Below are positions 37,408 to 48,966 of a stretch of 64,000 bases of DNA, in pieces. The DNA is from Abditibacterium sp. (GTDB lineage: Bacteria > Armatimonadota > Abditibacteriia > Abditibacteriales > Abditibacteriaceae), in the NCBI GenBank assembly GCA_965246885.1, contig OZ251992.1, positions 192,001 to 256,000 on the forward strand, given 5' to 3'. The notes under the pieces are model-generated. The model saw only the letters and a list, made by a program, of their open reading frames with translations. It was not told the origin of the DNA and searched no databases. Position 1 is the first letter of the stretch, and each line of letters begins with the position of its first letter. A program made the translations under genes and the position numbers.

Positions 37408-38871
37408 ATGTCCATCACCGAAACCTCCGCCGCCCGTTTAGCGCAACAAATCCAAGCCAAGGAACTCTCCTGCCGCGAAGTCGCCGACGCCTTTCTCGCG
37501 CGCATCGAAGCGACCGAAGGGCAGTTGCACGCCTTTGTGTCCGTTACCGCCGACATTGCCCGCGTGCGCGCCGATGAGTTGGACGCGCGCTTGGCGCGCG
37601 GCGAAGCCATCGGGCCGCTTGGCGGCGTGCCCCTCGCCCTCAAAGACAACCTTTGCACAAACGGCGTGCGCACGACCTGCTCCTCGCGGATGTTGGAGCA
37701 TTTCGTGCCGCCTTATGACGCGCACGTCGTCGAGCGTTTAGCCGCCGATGGCGCCGTGTTTGTGGGCAAGACCAACTTGGACGAGTTCGCGATGGGCAGT
37801 TCGACGGAGAACTCCGCGTTTGGCGCGAGTCGCAACCCTTGGAACACGACCCGCGTTCCCGGCGGCAGTTCGGGCGGTTCGACGGCCACCGTCGCCGCGC
37901 GCCAAGTGCCGCTTTCTTTGGGCAGCGACACCGGCGGCTCGATTCGCCAACCCGCCGCCTTTTGCGGGTGCGTCGGGATGAAGCCAACGTACGGCCTCGT
38001 GTCGCGCTACGGACTGATCGCCTTCGCTTCTTCCCTCGACCAAATCGGGCCGATTGCCAACACCGTCGAAGACGCGGCCTTGCTTCTTCAATCCATCGCC
38101 GGACACGACCGCCGCGACTCGACTTCCTCCCGCGCCGCCGTCCCCGACTACCGCGCGGCACTCACGGGCGACGTGCGCGGCTTGCGCGTCGGCATCCCGC
38201 GCGAGTTCTTCGGGCAGGGCGTCGAAACGCCCGTCGCCGAGGCCGTCATGCGCGCGGTGGACGAACTCAAAGCGCTTGGCATGGAAGCCGTCGAAGTCTC
38301 GATGCCTACCGCCGAGCACGCCCTCGCCTGCTACTACATCATCGCGCCGTCCGAGGCCAGTTCTAACTTGGCCCGCTATGACGGCGTGAAATACGGTCTG
38401 CGCGTCGCCCTTCCCGGCGACGACGTGATCCAAATGGCCGCTCGCACCCGCGCGGCGGGCTTTGGCCACGAAGTTCAACACCGCATCATGATCGGCACCC
38501 ACGCCCTCTCAAGCGGCTTCTACGACGCGTATTACCTCAAGGCGCAGCAAGTGCGCACTCTCATCCGCCGCGACTTTGACGCCGCTTTCGAGCAGTGCGA
38601 CGTGTTGGCGACACCGACGGCACCGTCCGTCGCCTTTCCCATCGGCGACAAAGCGGGCGACCCGCTCGCCATGAAACTCGCCGACGTGTGCACCATCCCA
38701 GTCAACATGGCGGGCCTCCCCGCCCTCTCGCTCCCGTGCGGCTTCGCGGACAATCTGCCCATCGGCCTCCAACTCATCGGGCGCCTGCTCGACGAAACCA
38801 CCCTGCTTAAGGTCGCCCACGCCTACGAGGGCGCGACGCAGTGGCACACCCGCCGCGCCACTGGCCTTTAA
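37408..38871 (+). CDS. gatA: Asp/Glu-tRNA amidotransferase subunit A
   Basis: [46 protein letters not shown]. Confidence 0.98.
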   Translation: MSITETSAARLAQQIQAKELSCREVADAFLARIEATEGQLHAFVSVTADIARVRADELDARLARGEAIGPLGGVPLALKDNLCTNGVRTTCSSRMLEHFVPPYDAHVVERLAADGAVFVGKTNLDEFAMGSSTENSAFGASRNPWNTTRVPGGSSGGSTATVAARQVPLSLGSDTGGSIRQPAAFCGCVGMKPTYGLVSRYGLIAFASSLDQIGPIANTVEDAALLLQSIAGHDRRDSTSSRAAVPDYRAALTGDVRGLRVGIPREFFGQGVETPVAEAVMRAVDELKALGMEAVEVSMPTAEHALACYYIIAPSEASSNLARYDGVKYGLRVALPGDDVIQMAARTRAAGFGHEVQHRIMIGTHALSSGFYDAYYLKAQQVRTLIRRDFDAAFEQCDVLATPTAPSVAFPIGDKAGDPLAMKLADVCTIPVNMAGLPALSLPCGFADNLPIGLQLIGRLLDETTLLKVAHAYEGATQWHTRRATGL

Positions 38872-41800
38872 TTCGCCAACTGTGCGTTCGTGATGCGCGG
38901 CGTGAACGCAGGTTTGACCCCCTTGGTCAGACGGAACTCCAGCCTGACGGTTGTGCTCGCTCCCACGCCCAACACTCCACCCGCAAGCGGCACGCTCACA
39001 AGCGGCACCCCGTTGGTGTCGGTTCCCGCCGCGCCCACGACGGTTACGCCTGTTGGTAAGTTGTCCAATGCCAGAAGAAGCGGGCCGCTCGCGCTCGCTG
39101 AGCCGGTGTTGGTGATGGTCACATATTGAATGAGGTGCGCGCCGGGGTGATACAGCGTGGGCGAATACGGCCCGACGTTGATGAGCTTGCCCACTCCAAA
39201 GGTGTAAGCGGGAACGCCGTTGGCAATGGGCACGGTCACTTGGGCGGCAACCGGTATCGTGCCCGTCGCGCCTGCGATGGCGTTGCTTTGCAAGTTGCCG
39301 ACGGTGGCCGGGGCCGTCAAGCGCACGATCACGGTTTGGCTGGCGTTCGGTGCCAACGTGCCCAGAGAGAAGCCAATCATACCTTCGGCGTTCGAGGTCG
39401 GAGCGGGAGTACTCGATAGGAAGGTGGCTCCGGCGGGCAGGGTGTAGATCAGACTCGTATCGGTCGCAGGAGCAGAACCGGTGTTCGTGACCACAAGCGT
39501 GAAGTCCACTTCGCCACCCGGCGACACCGTCTTCACCGACGCCTTTTGCGTGAGCGTCAGCGCGGGCGCCGCAACGCTTCCCACCACCACTTGAGACACA
39601 GTGTTCGAGGTGCTCCCGTTGAAGTTCGCGTCGCCAGCATACACTGCCGTCAGCGGGTGCGTGCCCGCCGCCAACGAGGAGGTCGAAAGCGTCGCCACTC
39701 CGCCCGACAGCGTGCCCGTCCCAAGCGGCGTCCCCCCATCGAAGAAGGTCACGGAGCCAGTCGGCAGCAATTGGAACTGGCGCGGCTTGACCAGATGCCC
39801 CTTGACCACAAGCGCGCGGCGGCCAAGCGAGGTGCCGGGCGTCGTCGGGGTAGTGGGCGTGCCGAGCGCGGCATCAGCAACCCTCGCTGTCAACGTCACG
39901 TTCTGCCCGACGTTCGACGGGGTGGGCGAGGAAGAAAGCACAGTTGTCGTGCCCGCCTTGAGCGGCGAAGGCGTGGCGGTGGGCGTGGCCGTCGGGGTAG
40001 CGGTGGGCGTGGCCGTCGGGGTAGCGGTGGGCGTCGCGCCCGCGACCAAGAAGGCTTGGGAGAATTCGCTCGTGTCGCCGTTGACCGCCAACTCCGCCCC
40101 GCCGCCTGCCGCAACGGTGGAAACGTAAGTCGCCGTCGAGGTGATGGCGCGGCCCGCGATGGGAACGGGCGAGGTGAAGCTCCACGAAGCGTTGCCGCTC
40201 GCGTCGGTGGGAACCGACACGAAGCCGAGGAACGTTTCGCCCTCGCCATAGCCCGACGGGTCGGCGGCGGCACTGGAAAACAGTTCGATGCGGTAGCTTT
40301 CGCCCGTTCCAGTCGGCGCGGCGTTGAGGGTGCCCGAAATGACGTTGCCCGTCACGCCCGTGATGACCGGGAAGTTCTGCCCGTCGTTGACGCCGCCATC
40401 TGTATCCCCAAGGTCGTTGGGCAACACGCCCGGAGCGCCGAGGTCAATGCCCAAGGCGCCGTTGGAAAAGATGGAGTTGCCTTCTATCGGGGCGCCCTTC
40501 ACGTCGTTTCCGCCCTCATCGCTGGGGATGCGTACGCCCGTTCCAGAGTTGTATGCCACGACGTTACCCTCGCCCGCGTTTGTGCCGCCGACGCTGACGG
40601 GGCGGTTGGCTTCGAGGCCGTTGCCCTTGTTGCCCAACGCCGTCGTGCCATCGGCGGCGACGCCGATGAGGTTGCCCTGCACTGCGGCGGTGCCCGACTG
40701 GAGACCCGTAACGTAAACGCCCTGCGCGCCGTTGCCCGACACGACGTTGCCCGCGCCCGCCGCCGCGCCGCCAACTTGGATATTGAAGGCGGGGATTCCG
40801 CTACCGCCGAGTGCGACATGAATGCCCACGCCCCCGTTGCCAAGCGCCGTTTTGCCCGTCGCGTCGGTGCCGACGCGGTTGCCTTGGATGGTCAAACTGA
40901 GCGCACCCGCTTCGATTCCCGCATTGGCGTTGCCCGAAATAGTGTTGCCCGCGCCACTCGCGGTGCCGCCGATGACGACACTCGCAATGGAGGCACCAGC
41001 CGCGTTGCTGCCGATACCGAAGCCGAAGTTGCCCACAGCCTTGGTGCCGCTCGCGTCAGTGCCGATGAGGTTGCCTTGCACCGTCACAGAGCCGATTGGC
41101 CCAGTATCAAACCCGATGCCTTGCAAGTTGCCGGAGAGGAGGTTGTTGCTGATGGTGGTGCCGTCGCCGCCCACTATTTCCACGCCGGTCACATTGCCGA
41201 AGGCTTGCGACACGACCGCCGCCGTGCCCTGCGCGTTCGTGCCGAGGTAGTTGCCCTCGACGATGGTGCCCGTCACGGCGCCACTGCTGGCGAGGCCCGA
41301 TATGGAACTGCTGCCGATGATGACGTTCCCATCTTGGCTGATGCTCGTGTTGCCCGCTATCACGTTGCGCGCGGCGGGTGTCGTGCCGCCGACGGTGTTA
41401 CCCGCGCCGCCCAGAACCAAAACGCCCGCGTGCAGGTTGCCTTGGCGCGTGGCGCCATCCGTCCCGACACCGATGTAGCAACCGGCGACGGTGTTGTTGC
41501 TCCCGTTCAAGACGATACCCTCGCCGCCCGCGCGGTTGATGACCAGGCCGCTCAACGTCGTGCCCGCGCCGCCCGCGCCAACGACTAAGCCATTGTTGCG
41601 CTTGGTAGCGTTGATTTCGATGAGCAACACGGCGTTGCTGCCGGTTGCGAGGGTGTTGGCCGACGCGCCGAGTTGCGAGTAGCCGTTGATGGTGACTGCT
41701 TTGGCAATCACCGGTAGCTCGGACGCGGGCGTGATGGTCTGGACGCCTGCGCCGGGGATGGCGAAGGTGATGGTGCCGTTACCGCCCGCGTTGGCTTCTT

Positions 41801-44690
41801 GGATGGCGGCGCGCAAGGTGCATTCGGGCGCGCCGCCCGCGATGGTGGCGCCCGTGTTGCACGCACCGTCGCCGGGGTTGTTGTCGGGCGCATCGCCAAC
41901 GGAGTTGACAACCGAAAGTTTGGCGGCGGGCGCTGGTGTCGCGGTCGGCGTCATCCCGGCAGGGCCAGTGACGGCGGGCGAGAACTCGGAAGTGTTGCCA
42001 ACGGCGTCGGTGGCGGTGGCGGAGATGCTGTCCCCGCCAGGGCCAAATGTCCTTCTCGGCAAGACCGTCGAAAAACCGGCTACGCCGTTGACGTTGGTCG
42101 TCACATATTGAAAGCCTACGTAAATTGCTTCGTAGTTGTAGAACTCGATGCGAAACGTCGCCTTGGGCGCGGAGGTGAGCGTGCCGGTAATGGTGTCGTT
42201 GTTGTTGCTAATCGTTATGCCGGACAGCAGCGGGTAGTTTTGCAGCGCGTTGGGGCCATTTGTGTTGTCACCCTGATTGCTGGCGGGTTGGTTGACGAGG
42301 CGCGTGCCGCTTCCGCCCAGGTCAATGGGAAGCGTTCCATTGAAGCCAATCGTGTTGCCCAGAATGCTCTTGCGATGACAGACAGCTTGGGTCGCCAGTT
42401 GAACCGACACGCCCGCGAGTTTGTTGCTAGAGATGCTGTTGCCCAGAGGCGAGTTTGTCGCCTGAAAAAGGTCCATCTGAACGGAATTGGTCGGGCCGCC
42501 CGAACCGGAACCCGACGCAGGAAGCGGGTCGCCGACGGTGTGACCGGGCGCCGCGCCGTAGAAGAGGATGCCGTTGCCCGCGTTGGATGAGATGTCATTG
42601 CTCTGGATGATGGTGCCGGTGCAACCATTGCCAATGAGGATTCCCGAACCGAGCGTGCCCGCCGCGTTAGTGCCAGTTGTCCCGGAGATTTCATTCTCTG
42701 TGATCGTGTTGTTGCTGGCCGACACCGCGACGCCGACGTTGCCGTTGCCAAAGATGTCGTTGTATCTGACCGTGTTTCCCGTGCCGCCGAGCGCCACGCC
42801 CCCGCCGGTATTATCATCGATGATGTTGCCCATCGTGTTGTCGGGTTGGTTAGAGCCTGCGATGGAGTTGCCCGCCGCAGTTGTGGCGTCGCCGATGATG
42901 TTGCCCGTCGCGTTGAGGATTTGCACGCCCGCCAAAGCGTTAGGGATGTGGATAAAATCACCCGCATTCGAGGCACTAGTGCCGATTTCGTTGAGTTGAA
43001 CAAGGGTGCCCGTCGTCTGCGGCCCCTGAATGTTGAGGCCGAAGGTTCCGTTGCCCGAAAGCACGTTGCCAGTGATGATGGTTCCGTTGGTGGGAGTGGC
43101 ATCGCCCGTAGCCGAGAACACTTGGATGCCCGCGCCGGTATTAGCGATGGCTTTTGTGCCCGCAGAGTCGGTGCCCGCGAAGTTGCCACTGAGCGTGTTC
43201 GGGCCGACGCCCGTAGCCGACATCTGGATGAGGATGCCTGGGAACTTGCTCGTCGTAGTATCCACGCCGTTGCCCGACACTGTATTGCCCGAAACGGTGT
43301 TGGCGCCCGAACTGATGATGGCGAGGCCATTGACGCCGTTGCCCAGCGCCACCGTTCCCGCCGCGTTGGTGCCGATGAGGTTGCCTTGAACGGTGTTCGA
43401 GTTGGCGCCGGTGGTCAACACCAATCCCGTGCCGCCGTTGCCGGAAATGACGTTGCCCTGACCTGCGGAAGTGCCACCGATGGTGTTGCCTGACGCGCCC
43501 GTCAAGACGATGCCGCCGGACGGGTTGGGTATGGCCTTAGTGCCGCTTGGGTCGGTTCCCACGAGGTTGCCTTGAACGGTGGTCTTCGTCGTTTGGGGGC
43601 CGTTGAGCAACAACCCGCCCGCCGTGTTGCCCGAAAGCACGTTGCCGATGATTTGCGTTCCCGTGATGGGCGCCGTATCGGTGGCCGTAGAAAAGAGTTG
43701 CGGCCCGGCGCCGTTGGGCAGCGCCTTGGCGCCGGAAATGTCCGTCCCGATGTAGTTGTTCTGAACCACGTTATTGGCGCCGCCGCCGACGATGAACACG
43801 GCGGGACGAAGCGGTTGGCCGTTGATCATCGTGCCGTTGCCGGAAATGACGTTGCGCGCGCCCGTCGCCGCGCCGCCGATGGTGTTGTTGTCGGCGCTTT
43901 GAATCGCTACGCCGTTGATGGCGTTGCCCACTGCCGTTGTGCCGCTCGCGTCGGTGCCGATGAAACAGCCCGCAACCGTGTTGTTGCTCGACCCGCTTAT
44001 GGCGATGCCCGAACCGCCTTGCACGCCGCCGATGGCGAGTCCACTGATGGAAGAGCCGTCGCTACCCGCGCTCAAAAACAAACCCGCGCCCACGACGGTT
44101 TGACCCGCCGCCGGTTGCGTGTTCGTCTCGTTGATGGCGACGAGAATCTTCGCGTTGTCGCCGGTGGTGAGGGTGTTGGCGCTCGCGCCCATCTGCGGCG
44201 AGTAGCCGTTGATGACAACGGGCGCGGTGATGTTGGGCAACTGCGTGAGGGGAGCGATGGTGTGAACACCCGCGCCGGAGATATTGAAGGTGATGGTGGC
44301 GCCGCCGCTTGCGTTGGCTTCTTCGATGGCGGCGCGTAGGGTGCAAGTGGCGCCGCTGGCGGAACTGGTTTGGCAGATGCCGTCGCCGGGGGTGGCATCA
44401 TCCGCGTCGCCTGTCGAGGTGACGGGAAGGTTGACAGCAGCGCGCGGACGGATGGCGCGTTTGGGGCGCGCGCGGTAAACGACGTTTTGCACAGGTGCGG
44501 GCGCTTCGCGGGGCGCCGGTGCGGGCGCGGCGATGGGTAGCACTTGCGGTAGGTGCGCGACGAGCGCGTGGCGGGTTTGCGGCGGGAGCCATGCGGCGGT
44601 GCAAGTGGCGCCGAGCAAAAGCAGTGCGGCGGCGGTGTGCGAGACGGGCAGCTTGGCGCAGGCCCACGAACGGAAGGATTGGATGGTCAC
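38868..44690 (-). CDS. 1940-aa surface protein: two CSLREA/beta-helix regions, PT linker, Ig-like (Big_3) and DUF11 domains
   Basis: [11 protein letters not shown] and [11 protein letters not shown]; many [16 protein letters not shown] repeats; DTSEFS module ends; ATPT repeats; [18 protein letters not shown]. Confidence 0.9.
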   Translation of the reverse strand: MTIQSFRSWACAKLPVSHTAAALLLLGATCTAAWLPPQTRHALVAHLPQVLPIAAPAPAPREAPAPVQNVVYRARPKRAIRPRAAVNLPVTSTGDADDATPGDGICQTSSASGATCTLRAAIEEANASGGATITFNISGAGVHTIAPLTQLPNITAPVVINGYSPQMGASANTLTTGDNAKILVAINETNTQPAAGQTVVGAGLFLSAGSDGSSISGLAIGGVQGGSGIAISGSSNNTVAGCFIGTDASGTTAVGNAINGVAIQSADNNTIGGAATGARNVISGNGTMINGQPLRPAVFIVGGGANNVVQNNYIGTDISGAKALPNGAGPQLFSTATDTAPITGTQIIGNVLSGNTAGGLLLNGPQTTKTTVQGNLVGTDPSGTKAIPNPSGGIVLTGASGNTIGGTSAGQGNVISGNGGTGLVLTTGANSNTVQGNLIGTNAAGTVALGNGVNGLAIISSGANTVSGNTVSGNGVDTTTSKFPGILIQMSATGVGPNTLSGNFAGTDSAGTKAIANTGAGIQVFSATGDATPTNGTIITGNVLSGNGTFGLNIQGPQTTGTLVQLNEIGTSASNAGDFIHIPNALAGVQILNATGNIIGDATTAAGNSIAGSNQPDNTMGNIIDDNTGGGVALGGTGNTVRYNDIFGNGNVGVAVSASNNTITENEISGTTGTNAAGTLGSGILIGNGCTGTIIQSNDISSNAGNGILFYGAAPGHTVGDPLPASGSGSGGPTNSVQMDLFQATNSPLGNSISSNKLAGVSVQLATQAVCHRKSILGNTIGFNGTLPIDLGGSGTRLVNQPASNQGDNTNGPNALQNYPLLSGITISNNNDTITGTLTSAPKATFRIEFYNYEAIYVGFQYVTTNVNGVAGFSTVLPRRTFGPGGDSISATATDAVGNTSEFSPAVTGPAGMTPTATPAPAAKLSVVNSVGDAPDNNPGDGACNTGATIAGGAPECTLRAAIQEANAGGNGTITFAIPGAGVQTITPASELPVIAKAVTINGYSQLGASANTLATGSNAVLLIEINATKRNNGLVVGAGGAGTTLSGLVINRAGGEGIVLNGSNNTVAGCYIGVGTDGATRQGNLHAGVLVLGGAGNTVGGTTPAARNVIAGNTSISQDGNVIIGSSSISGLASSGAVTGTIVEGNYLGTNAQGTAAVVSQAFGNVTGVEIVGGDGTTISNNLLSGNLQGIGFDTGPIGSVTVQGNLIGTDASGTKAVGNFGFGIGSNAAGASIASVVIGGTASGAGNTISGNANAGIEAGALSLTIQGNRVGTDATGKTALGNGGVGIHVALGGSGIPAFNIQVGGAAAGAGNVVSGNGAQGVYVTGLQSGTAAVQGNLIGVAADGTTALGNKGNGLEANRPVSVGGTNAGEGNVVAYNSGTGVRIPSDEGGNDVKGAPIEGNSIFSNGALGIDLGAPGVLPNDLGDTDGGVNDGQNFPVITGVTGNVISGTLNAAPTGTGESYRIELFSSAAADPSGYGEGETFLGFVSVPTDASGNASWSFTSPVPIAGRAITSTATYVSTVAAGGGAELAVNGDTSEFSQAFLVAGATPTATPTATPTATPTATPTATPSPLKAGTTTVLSSSPTPSNVGQNVTLTARVADAALGTPTTPTTPGTSLGRRALVVKGHLVKPRQFQLLPTGSVTFFDGGTPLGTGTLSGGVATLSTSSLAAGTHPLTAVYAGDANFNGSTSNTVSQVVVGSVAAPALTLTQKASVKTVSPGGEVDFTLVVTNTGSAPATDTSLIYTLPAGATFLSSTPAPTSNAEGMIGFSLGTLAPNASQTVIVRLTAPATVGNLQSNAIAGATGTIPVAAQVTVPIANGVPAYTFGVGKLINVGPYSPTLYHPGAHLIQYVTITNTGSASASGPLLLALDNLPTGVTVVGAAGTDTNGVPLVSVPLAGGVLGVGASTTVRLEFRLTKGVKPAFTPRITNAQLAN

Positions 44691-44729
44691 GGTGTATACC
44701 TTGGAAGCGAAACGGGAACGGGGCGCGGC

Positions 44730-45518
44730 TTACTTGCCGCCGAAAGCGTAGGTGAGGCCGACGAAGTACTTGGTATCGTTCCGCAGCTTGCCGATGCCGA
44801 TTTGGGCGGACAGCGACTTGCCTTCGGGAACGTAGCGGGCCGAGAGGGTGTAGGCTTTGGCGGCGTCGCCGTTGCGGGCGAGGAAGTCGGCACCGATGGA
44901 GATGTCGGGGGTAAGCTGTGCCTCGGCTCCGACGAAGGGGCGGGCAAAGGTGGTGTTCTTGCCGGGCGCGTGCGAGCGCTGACCCAGAACGCCCAAGTGC
45001 AAGCGGCCCAAGGTGCGGCCCTCGTCGTTTTCGATGTCGTAGCTGCCCGTCGCGTAGAGGGACAGCACGTTGCCCAGACTGACGCCCGAATCGCGTCCGA
45101 AGTCGTAGTAGTGCGCGCCGACGGCGATGGAGCCAAGCCCGTCAACGGTGGTGTAAACGCGGTATTTGCCGTGCAAGGTGTAGTAGTTGTCCGTCGCCGA
45201 GAAGCCTTGAGTCGCCGTCTTTTGGCGCAAGTAGGAAGCGCCGACTTCGCCATCATGGAAGCCGTAGGACAGGTTGGCGAAGGGTTGTTGGTCGGCGTGG
45301 CCGCCGCCGTCGCGGATGCTCACATACTCGTAGCCCAAGGATGCTTCAAAGGCGCCCGGCGCGACAGTTTGGGTGGTGGGGATGACGCCCAAACCCGTCG
45401 GGCCGGGCAACGGGTCGCCCGTTGGCGTGGCGTGGGCAGCAGGGGCAAAACCGCCCGCAAGGGCGACGGCAAACAGGAGAGCGAAAGGTGAGCGGGATAG
45501 CAGTGGAAGTCGCGGCAT
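44730..45518 (-). CDS. Secreted probable outer-membrane beta-barrel protein
   Basis: Signal peptide; GPTGLGVIPT; amphipathic strands; terminal YFVGLTYAF. Confidence 0.7.
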   Translation of the reverse strand: MPRLPLLSRSPFALLFAVALAGGFAPAAHATPTGDPLPGPTGLGVIPTTQTVAPGAFEASLGYEYVSIRDGGGHADQQPFANLSYGFHDGEVGASYLRQKTATQGFSATDNYYTLHGKYRVYTTVDGLGSIAVGAHYYDFGRDSGVSLGNVLSLYATGSYDIENDEGRTLGRLHLGVLGQRSHAPGKNTTFARPFVGAEAQLTPDISIGADFLARNGDAAKAYTLSARYVPEGKSLSAQIGIGKLRNDTKYFVGLTYAFGGK

Positions 45519-45564
45519 GGAAGTGACGGCGCACCCCAACACACGCGGCGCGCGAACGGCGTCA

Positions 45565-45594
45565 ACTTTACGTGTTTCGCCCCCTCTTTGTCAA
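45565..45594 (-). promoter_or_regulatory. Sigma70-like promoter for the barrel/surface-protein pair
   Basis: Minus strand TTGACA-18 nt-TAAAGT. Confidence 0.65.
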
Positions 45595-45716
45595 CAGAGT
45601 TTCCCCTACTTTTTTGAGAAACCTCCGAAATTATTTCGCCCGCGCTACGTCTTGACATCATCTGCCCACCCAGACACTTCCCCGGTGGCGGCAGCAGAAA
45701 ACGGGATGGCGCTGAG

Positions 45717-46082
45717 TCACTCCGGGATGGCGGGGTTCTCGTCGCCGCGCGAGGGTTTCCAGCGCGTGCGCGTCATCCAAGGCTGCACCTCGATGTGTTG
45801 CAGCCAGTCTTTCACGGTCGGAATCCAGCCCAAATCGTCCTGAACATGTTGCTCGCCGACGGCGCGAACGGGGACGGTCTTGCCATCGGCGTTGACGAGC
45901 GCCACGCCAAAAAGTCGCTCGCACAGGAAAATGCCCTCGGAATGATGCCGCAAGGCCCGGTGCCGGAAGTCGGACAAGTGCGCCTTCGATTCATCGAACC
46001 ACGAGTGAATCGCCAAGTAGTCGTCCACCACCCCGCCCCACAAGCGCACCGACCGCTCCGCGTGATAAATCGGGTGCGCCAC
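45717..46082 (-). CDS. DUF6915-like His-rich protein
   Basis: MAHP.YHA..S...WGG, IHSWFDESK, RHRALRHHSEGIF, GEQHV.DDLG.IPT..DWL. Confidence 0.8.
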   Translation of the reverse strand: MAHPIYHAERSVRLWGGVVDDYLAIHSWFDESKAHLSDFRHRALRHHSEGIFLCERLFGVALVNADGKTVPVRAVGEQHVQDDLGWIPTVKDWLQHIEVQPWMTRTRWKPSRGDENPAIPE

Positions 46083-46084
46083 GT

Positions 46085-46606
46085 TTACGCTCCCTCGACA
46101 GGCGGAATGTTGGTGGTGGGTTTGGCCCGGATATCGGCGAGAAAAACACCTTGGCCCATCAACTCACCCGCGCCATCTTTATCGCTGTCCGCGAGTTGTT
46201 TGGCCAGTTCATAAATCAAAGTCTCGAGCGCCAACTCGACAGAGTAAGGCTTTTTCTCTTGATCTTCGCCAAGCGGCCCTAATTTGAGCTTCTCGATGAG
46301 AGTGGGCGAGTCGAAGTAGGTATCCAATGTTTCCGCTAAGTCGACGCCGACGTATCCTTCATCGCCCGTGAGGTCGTAGCCCGCCCGCAACAGCACGACA
46401 TCCAACGCGCGCAATTCCAGCAATACCCGTTTGGCCGTCGCACCCAACGCTGCCTCGTTCACAAACAAAGGTTGCGCGGGGTCGTGGAACGATACCGAGC
46501 CGCCGCGCGTTTGCGCCCCGGTCGTAAGACGCTTCAGTTCGGCTTCTTCCACCGGATCATCGAAGGAGTCTTGCGTGTCCCCTTCATCCAATTCGTAGAT
46601 AGGCAT
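46085..46606 (-). CDS. Acidic hypothetical protein, possibly DUF6878-like
   Basis: YDLTGDEG motif and terminal G.F..D segment; ends 2 nt before the DUF6915-like gene. Confidence 0.55.
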   Translation of the reverse strand: MPIYELDEGDTQDSFDDPVEEAELKRLTTGAQTRGGSVSFHDPAQPLFVNEAALGATAKRVLLELRALDVVLLRAGYDLTGDEGYVGVDLAETLDTYFDSPTLIEKLKLGPLGEDQEKKPYSVELALETLIYELAKQLADSDKDGAGELMGQGVFLADIRAKPTTNIPPVEGA

Positions 46607-46674
46607 GGCAGGTGAGAGTTTGCCCTTTCCCCTTCCGTGTCGCACCCTTCAAACTGAGGGGCGTTGCTGCTTCA

Positions 46675-48123
46675 ATGAAATACGAAACCGTTATCGGCAT
46701 GGAAGTCCATGCCGAGCTTCTCACCCGTTCCAAACAGTTCGTCGGCTCGCCCAACTTGGCGCTCGCCGAGCCGAATACGCTCGTTGACCCCGTGACGCTG
46801 GGGCTTCCCGGCGCGCTCCCGGTCTTGAACGAGCGCGCCGTTGACCTGTCGCTCCGGTGCGTCTTGGCGCTCCAATCGGACATTTCGCGCGACTGCTTTT
46901 TCGAGCGCAAGCACTACTTTTATCCCGACCTGCCCAAAGGCTACCAAATCTCGCAGCGCGCGCAGTGCTTGGGCTTTGGCGGTTTCTTGGAAATCGAACT
47001 ACCCGACGGCACCTCCAAGCGCATTGGGATGAACGACGTGCACATGGAAGAGGACACCGGCAAATCCACCCACGGCGAGGGGTTCGGCGACCCGGACTCG
47101 TCGCTCATTGACCTCAATCGCGCGGGAATTCCGCTTTTGGAAATCGTGTCGGCGCCGGACATGAGAAGCGTTGAGGAAGCCGATGCGTACATGACCGCGC
47201 TGCGCAACATCCTGTTGTTTCTCGAAATCTGCGACTGCAAAATGGAGCAGGGGCGCTTGCGCTTCGAGGCGTCCATTTCGCTGCGGCCCGAAGGGAGCGA
47301 GGAGTTCGGCACGCGCGTGGAGGTAAAAAACCTCAACTCGATGAGGGCGGTGCGGGATTCCATTCGGGCGGAAGAGGTGCGGCAGGCGAAGGTGCTCGAC
47401 GGCGGTGGAACCGTGCTTCAGCAGACGATGTTGTGGGACGAAGCGACCGGAACGACGCAACCGATGCGCTCGAAGGAACACGCGCACGACTACCGCTACA
47501 TGCCCGAACCCGACCTTGCGCCCTTGCATATAGACGACGAGTGGCTGGCGCGGGTGAAATCGGAGATGCCCGAAATGCCGCGTCTCAAGCGGGCGCGCTT
47601 CGAGCGGGAACTGGGGCTGTCCGCTTACGACGCGAATGTGCTGACCGCTTCGCCCGACATCGCCAACTACTTTGAAAAGGCGGCGGGCGCGGCGACGAAC
47701 ACGAAGGTCGTCGTCAACTGGATCGCCAACGAACTGCTGGGCCGCCTCAACGCGGCAGGCGCCCCGATTGACGAGTCGAAAGTGGCGCCGGAGCAGTTGG
47801 GTGCCCTCGTCAACCTCATCGAAGACGGCACCATCTCCGGCAAGATAGCCAAGGATGTCTTCGATGAGATGTTCGCGTCCGGCAAGGACGCGGCGGCGAT
47901 CGTCGAAGAGAAGGGCTTGAGGCAAATGAGCGACACGAGCGAGTTGGAGGCGATTTGCAAGGGCGTGGTGGAGAAACTCCCGAAGATAGTCGAGGATTAT
48001 CGCGGCGGCAAGGAGAAGGCCTTTGGCGCCTTAGTGGGCGGCGTGATGAAAGAAACGCGCGGCAAAGCGAACCCGGCGCTGGTAAACGAGATACTGAAGA
48101 AGGTTTTGGAAGCCGGAGGCTGA
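46675..48123 (+). CDS. gatB: Asp/Glu-tRNA amidotransferase subunit B
   Basis: YETVIGMEVHAEL, ERKHYFYPDLPKGYQISQ, HMEEDTGK, NRAGIPLLEIVS, DYRYMPEPDL. Confidence 0.98.
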   Translation: MKYETVIGMEVHAELLTRSKQFVGSPNLALAEPNTLVDPVTLGLPGALPVLNERAVDLSLRCVLALQSDISRDCFFERKHYFYPDLPKGYQISQRAQCLGFGGFLEIELPDGTSKRIGMNDVHMEEDTGKSTHGEGFGDPDSSLIDLNRAGIPLLEIVSAPDMRSVEEADAYMTALRNILLFLEICDCKMEQGRLRFEASISLRPEGSEEFGTRVEVKNLNSMRAVRDSIRAEEVRQAKVLDGGGTVLQQTMLWDEATGTTQPMRSKEHAHDYRYMPEPDLAPLHIDDEWLARVKSEMPEMPRLKRARFERELGLSAYDANVLTASPDIANYFEKAAGAATNTKVVVNWIANELLGRLNAAGAPIDESKVAPEQLGALVNLIEDGTISGKIAKDVFDEMFASGKDAAAIVEEKGLRQMSDTSELEAICKGVVEKLPKIVEDYRGGKEKAFGALVGGVMKETRGKANPALVNEILKKVLEAGG

Positions 48124-48129
48124 ATCGCC

Positions 48130-48360
48130 ATGTCCCACCGCGCGCATTATCAAACGCCTTACCTTCTCGCCATTGTGCAGATGTTGGCGCTGGCAATGCC
48201 CGTCGCGTGGTGGGTGGGGCGCCATCGCCCGCCGCCTTGGACGGTGTGGCTTTTCTGGGCGCTCGCGCCGCTTCTGCTTCTCCTTGTGGTAAGTGCCCTG
48301 ATTTTTGCTGGCGAGGCGGTGAACGGGTGGAAGTGGAAGCGCCGAAAGCGGAAACTCTAA
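48130..48360 (+). CDS. Small 2-TM membrane protein
   Basis: Two hydrophobic segments and a basic tail; operon-like spacing. Confidence 0.65.
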   Translation: MSHRAHYQTPYLLAIVQMLALAMPVAWWVGRHRPPPWTVWLFWALAPLLLLLVVSALIFAGEAVNGWKWKRRKRKL

Positions 48361-48363
48361 ATC

Positions 48364-48879
48364 ATGCTCATTATTTCTGCGGTGGGCGCTGACCGTCCGG
48401 GGATGGCGCACGCGGTCGCGCAAATCTTGTTTGATTGCGGCTGCAACATCGAGGACACGACGATGACCCGCTTGTCGGGGCAGTTCGCCATGATTTTGGC
48501 GGTCGAGTCGCCCGACTTGACGGCGCAAGAGTTGGAAACGCGCTTGTCTCCCTTGCGGCATGCACTCGGTTTGCACATAGATGTGGCGGCTGCGGGCGAG
48601 GCGATAGGCGCGTCGGGGGAGGCGCCGCGCTGGATATTGACGGCGTATGGCGCCGAGCGGACGGGGCTGTTGGCGCGACTGACGGGCGTGCTGGCGGCGC
48701 AAGGCGCGAACGTGACGGACGTGCAAACGCGCGTGGCGTCGGGCGGCTCGGTGTACGTGATGCTGTTGGAGTTGGAACTTCCCCCGGCGTTGCAAGCCGA
48801 CGCACTTGAAGCCGCGCTCAAGCGGGAGTTGGGCGGCTTGCAAATCTCGCTGCGGGCGTTGGAGGAGGAAACGCTCTAA
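48364..48879 (+). CDS. Tandem ACT-domain protein (GcvR-like)
   Basis: ISAVGADRPGM..CNIEDTTM..GQFAMIL; second ACT YGAERTGLL..ANVTDV. Confidence 0.9.
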   Translation: MLIISAVGADRPGMAHAVAQILFDCGCNIEDTTMTRLSGQFAMILAVESPDLTAQELETRLSPLRHALGLHIDVAAAGEAIGASGEAPRWILTAYGAERTGLLARLTGVLAAQGANVTDVQTRVASGGSVYVMLLELELPPALQADALEAALKRELGGLQISLRALEEETL

Positions 48880-48960
48880 ACGCGGAAGGCGGGAACCGGA
48901 ACGCGAAAAGAGAACTTCAACCTTTGCCTTTTCCGCGTTCCGGTTCCCGCCTTCCGCGTT
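48879..48960. repeat. Long hairpin built from 7-bp CGGAA-type units
   Basis: aacgcggaaggcgggaaccggaacgcg (48879-48905) is the exact reverse complement of 48934-48960. Confidence 0.85.
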
Positions 48961-48966
48961 CAACTC

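Noticed and set aside
39971..40037. 12/24-bp tandem repeat
   Set aside because: It encodes the ATPT linker of the surface protein; an ordinary coding repeat.
45520..45716. c-di-GMP or other riboswitch upstream of the surface-protein genes
   Set aside because: No convincing consensus; the sequence is explained by a sigma70 promoter.
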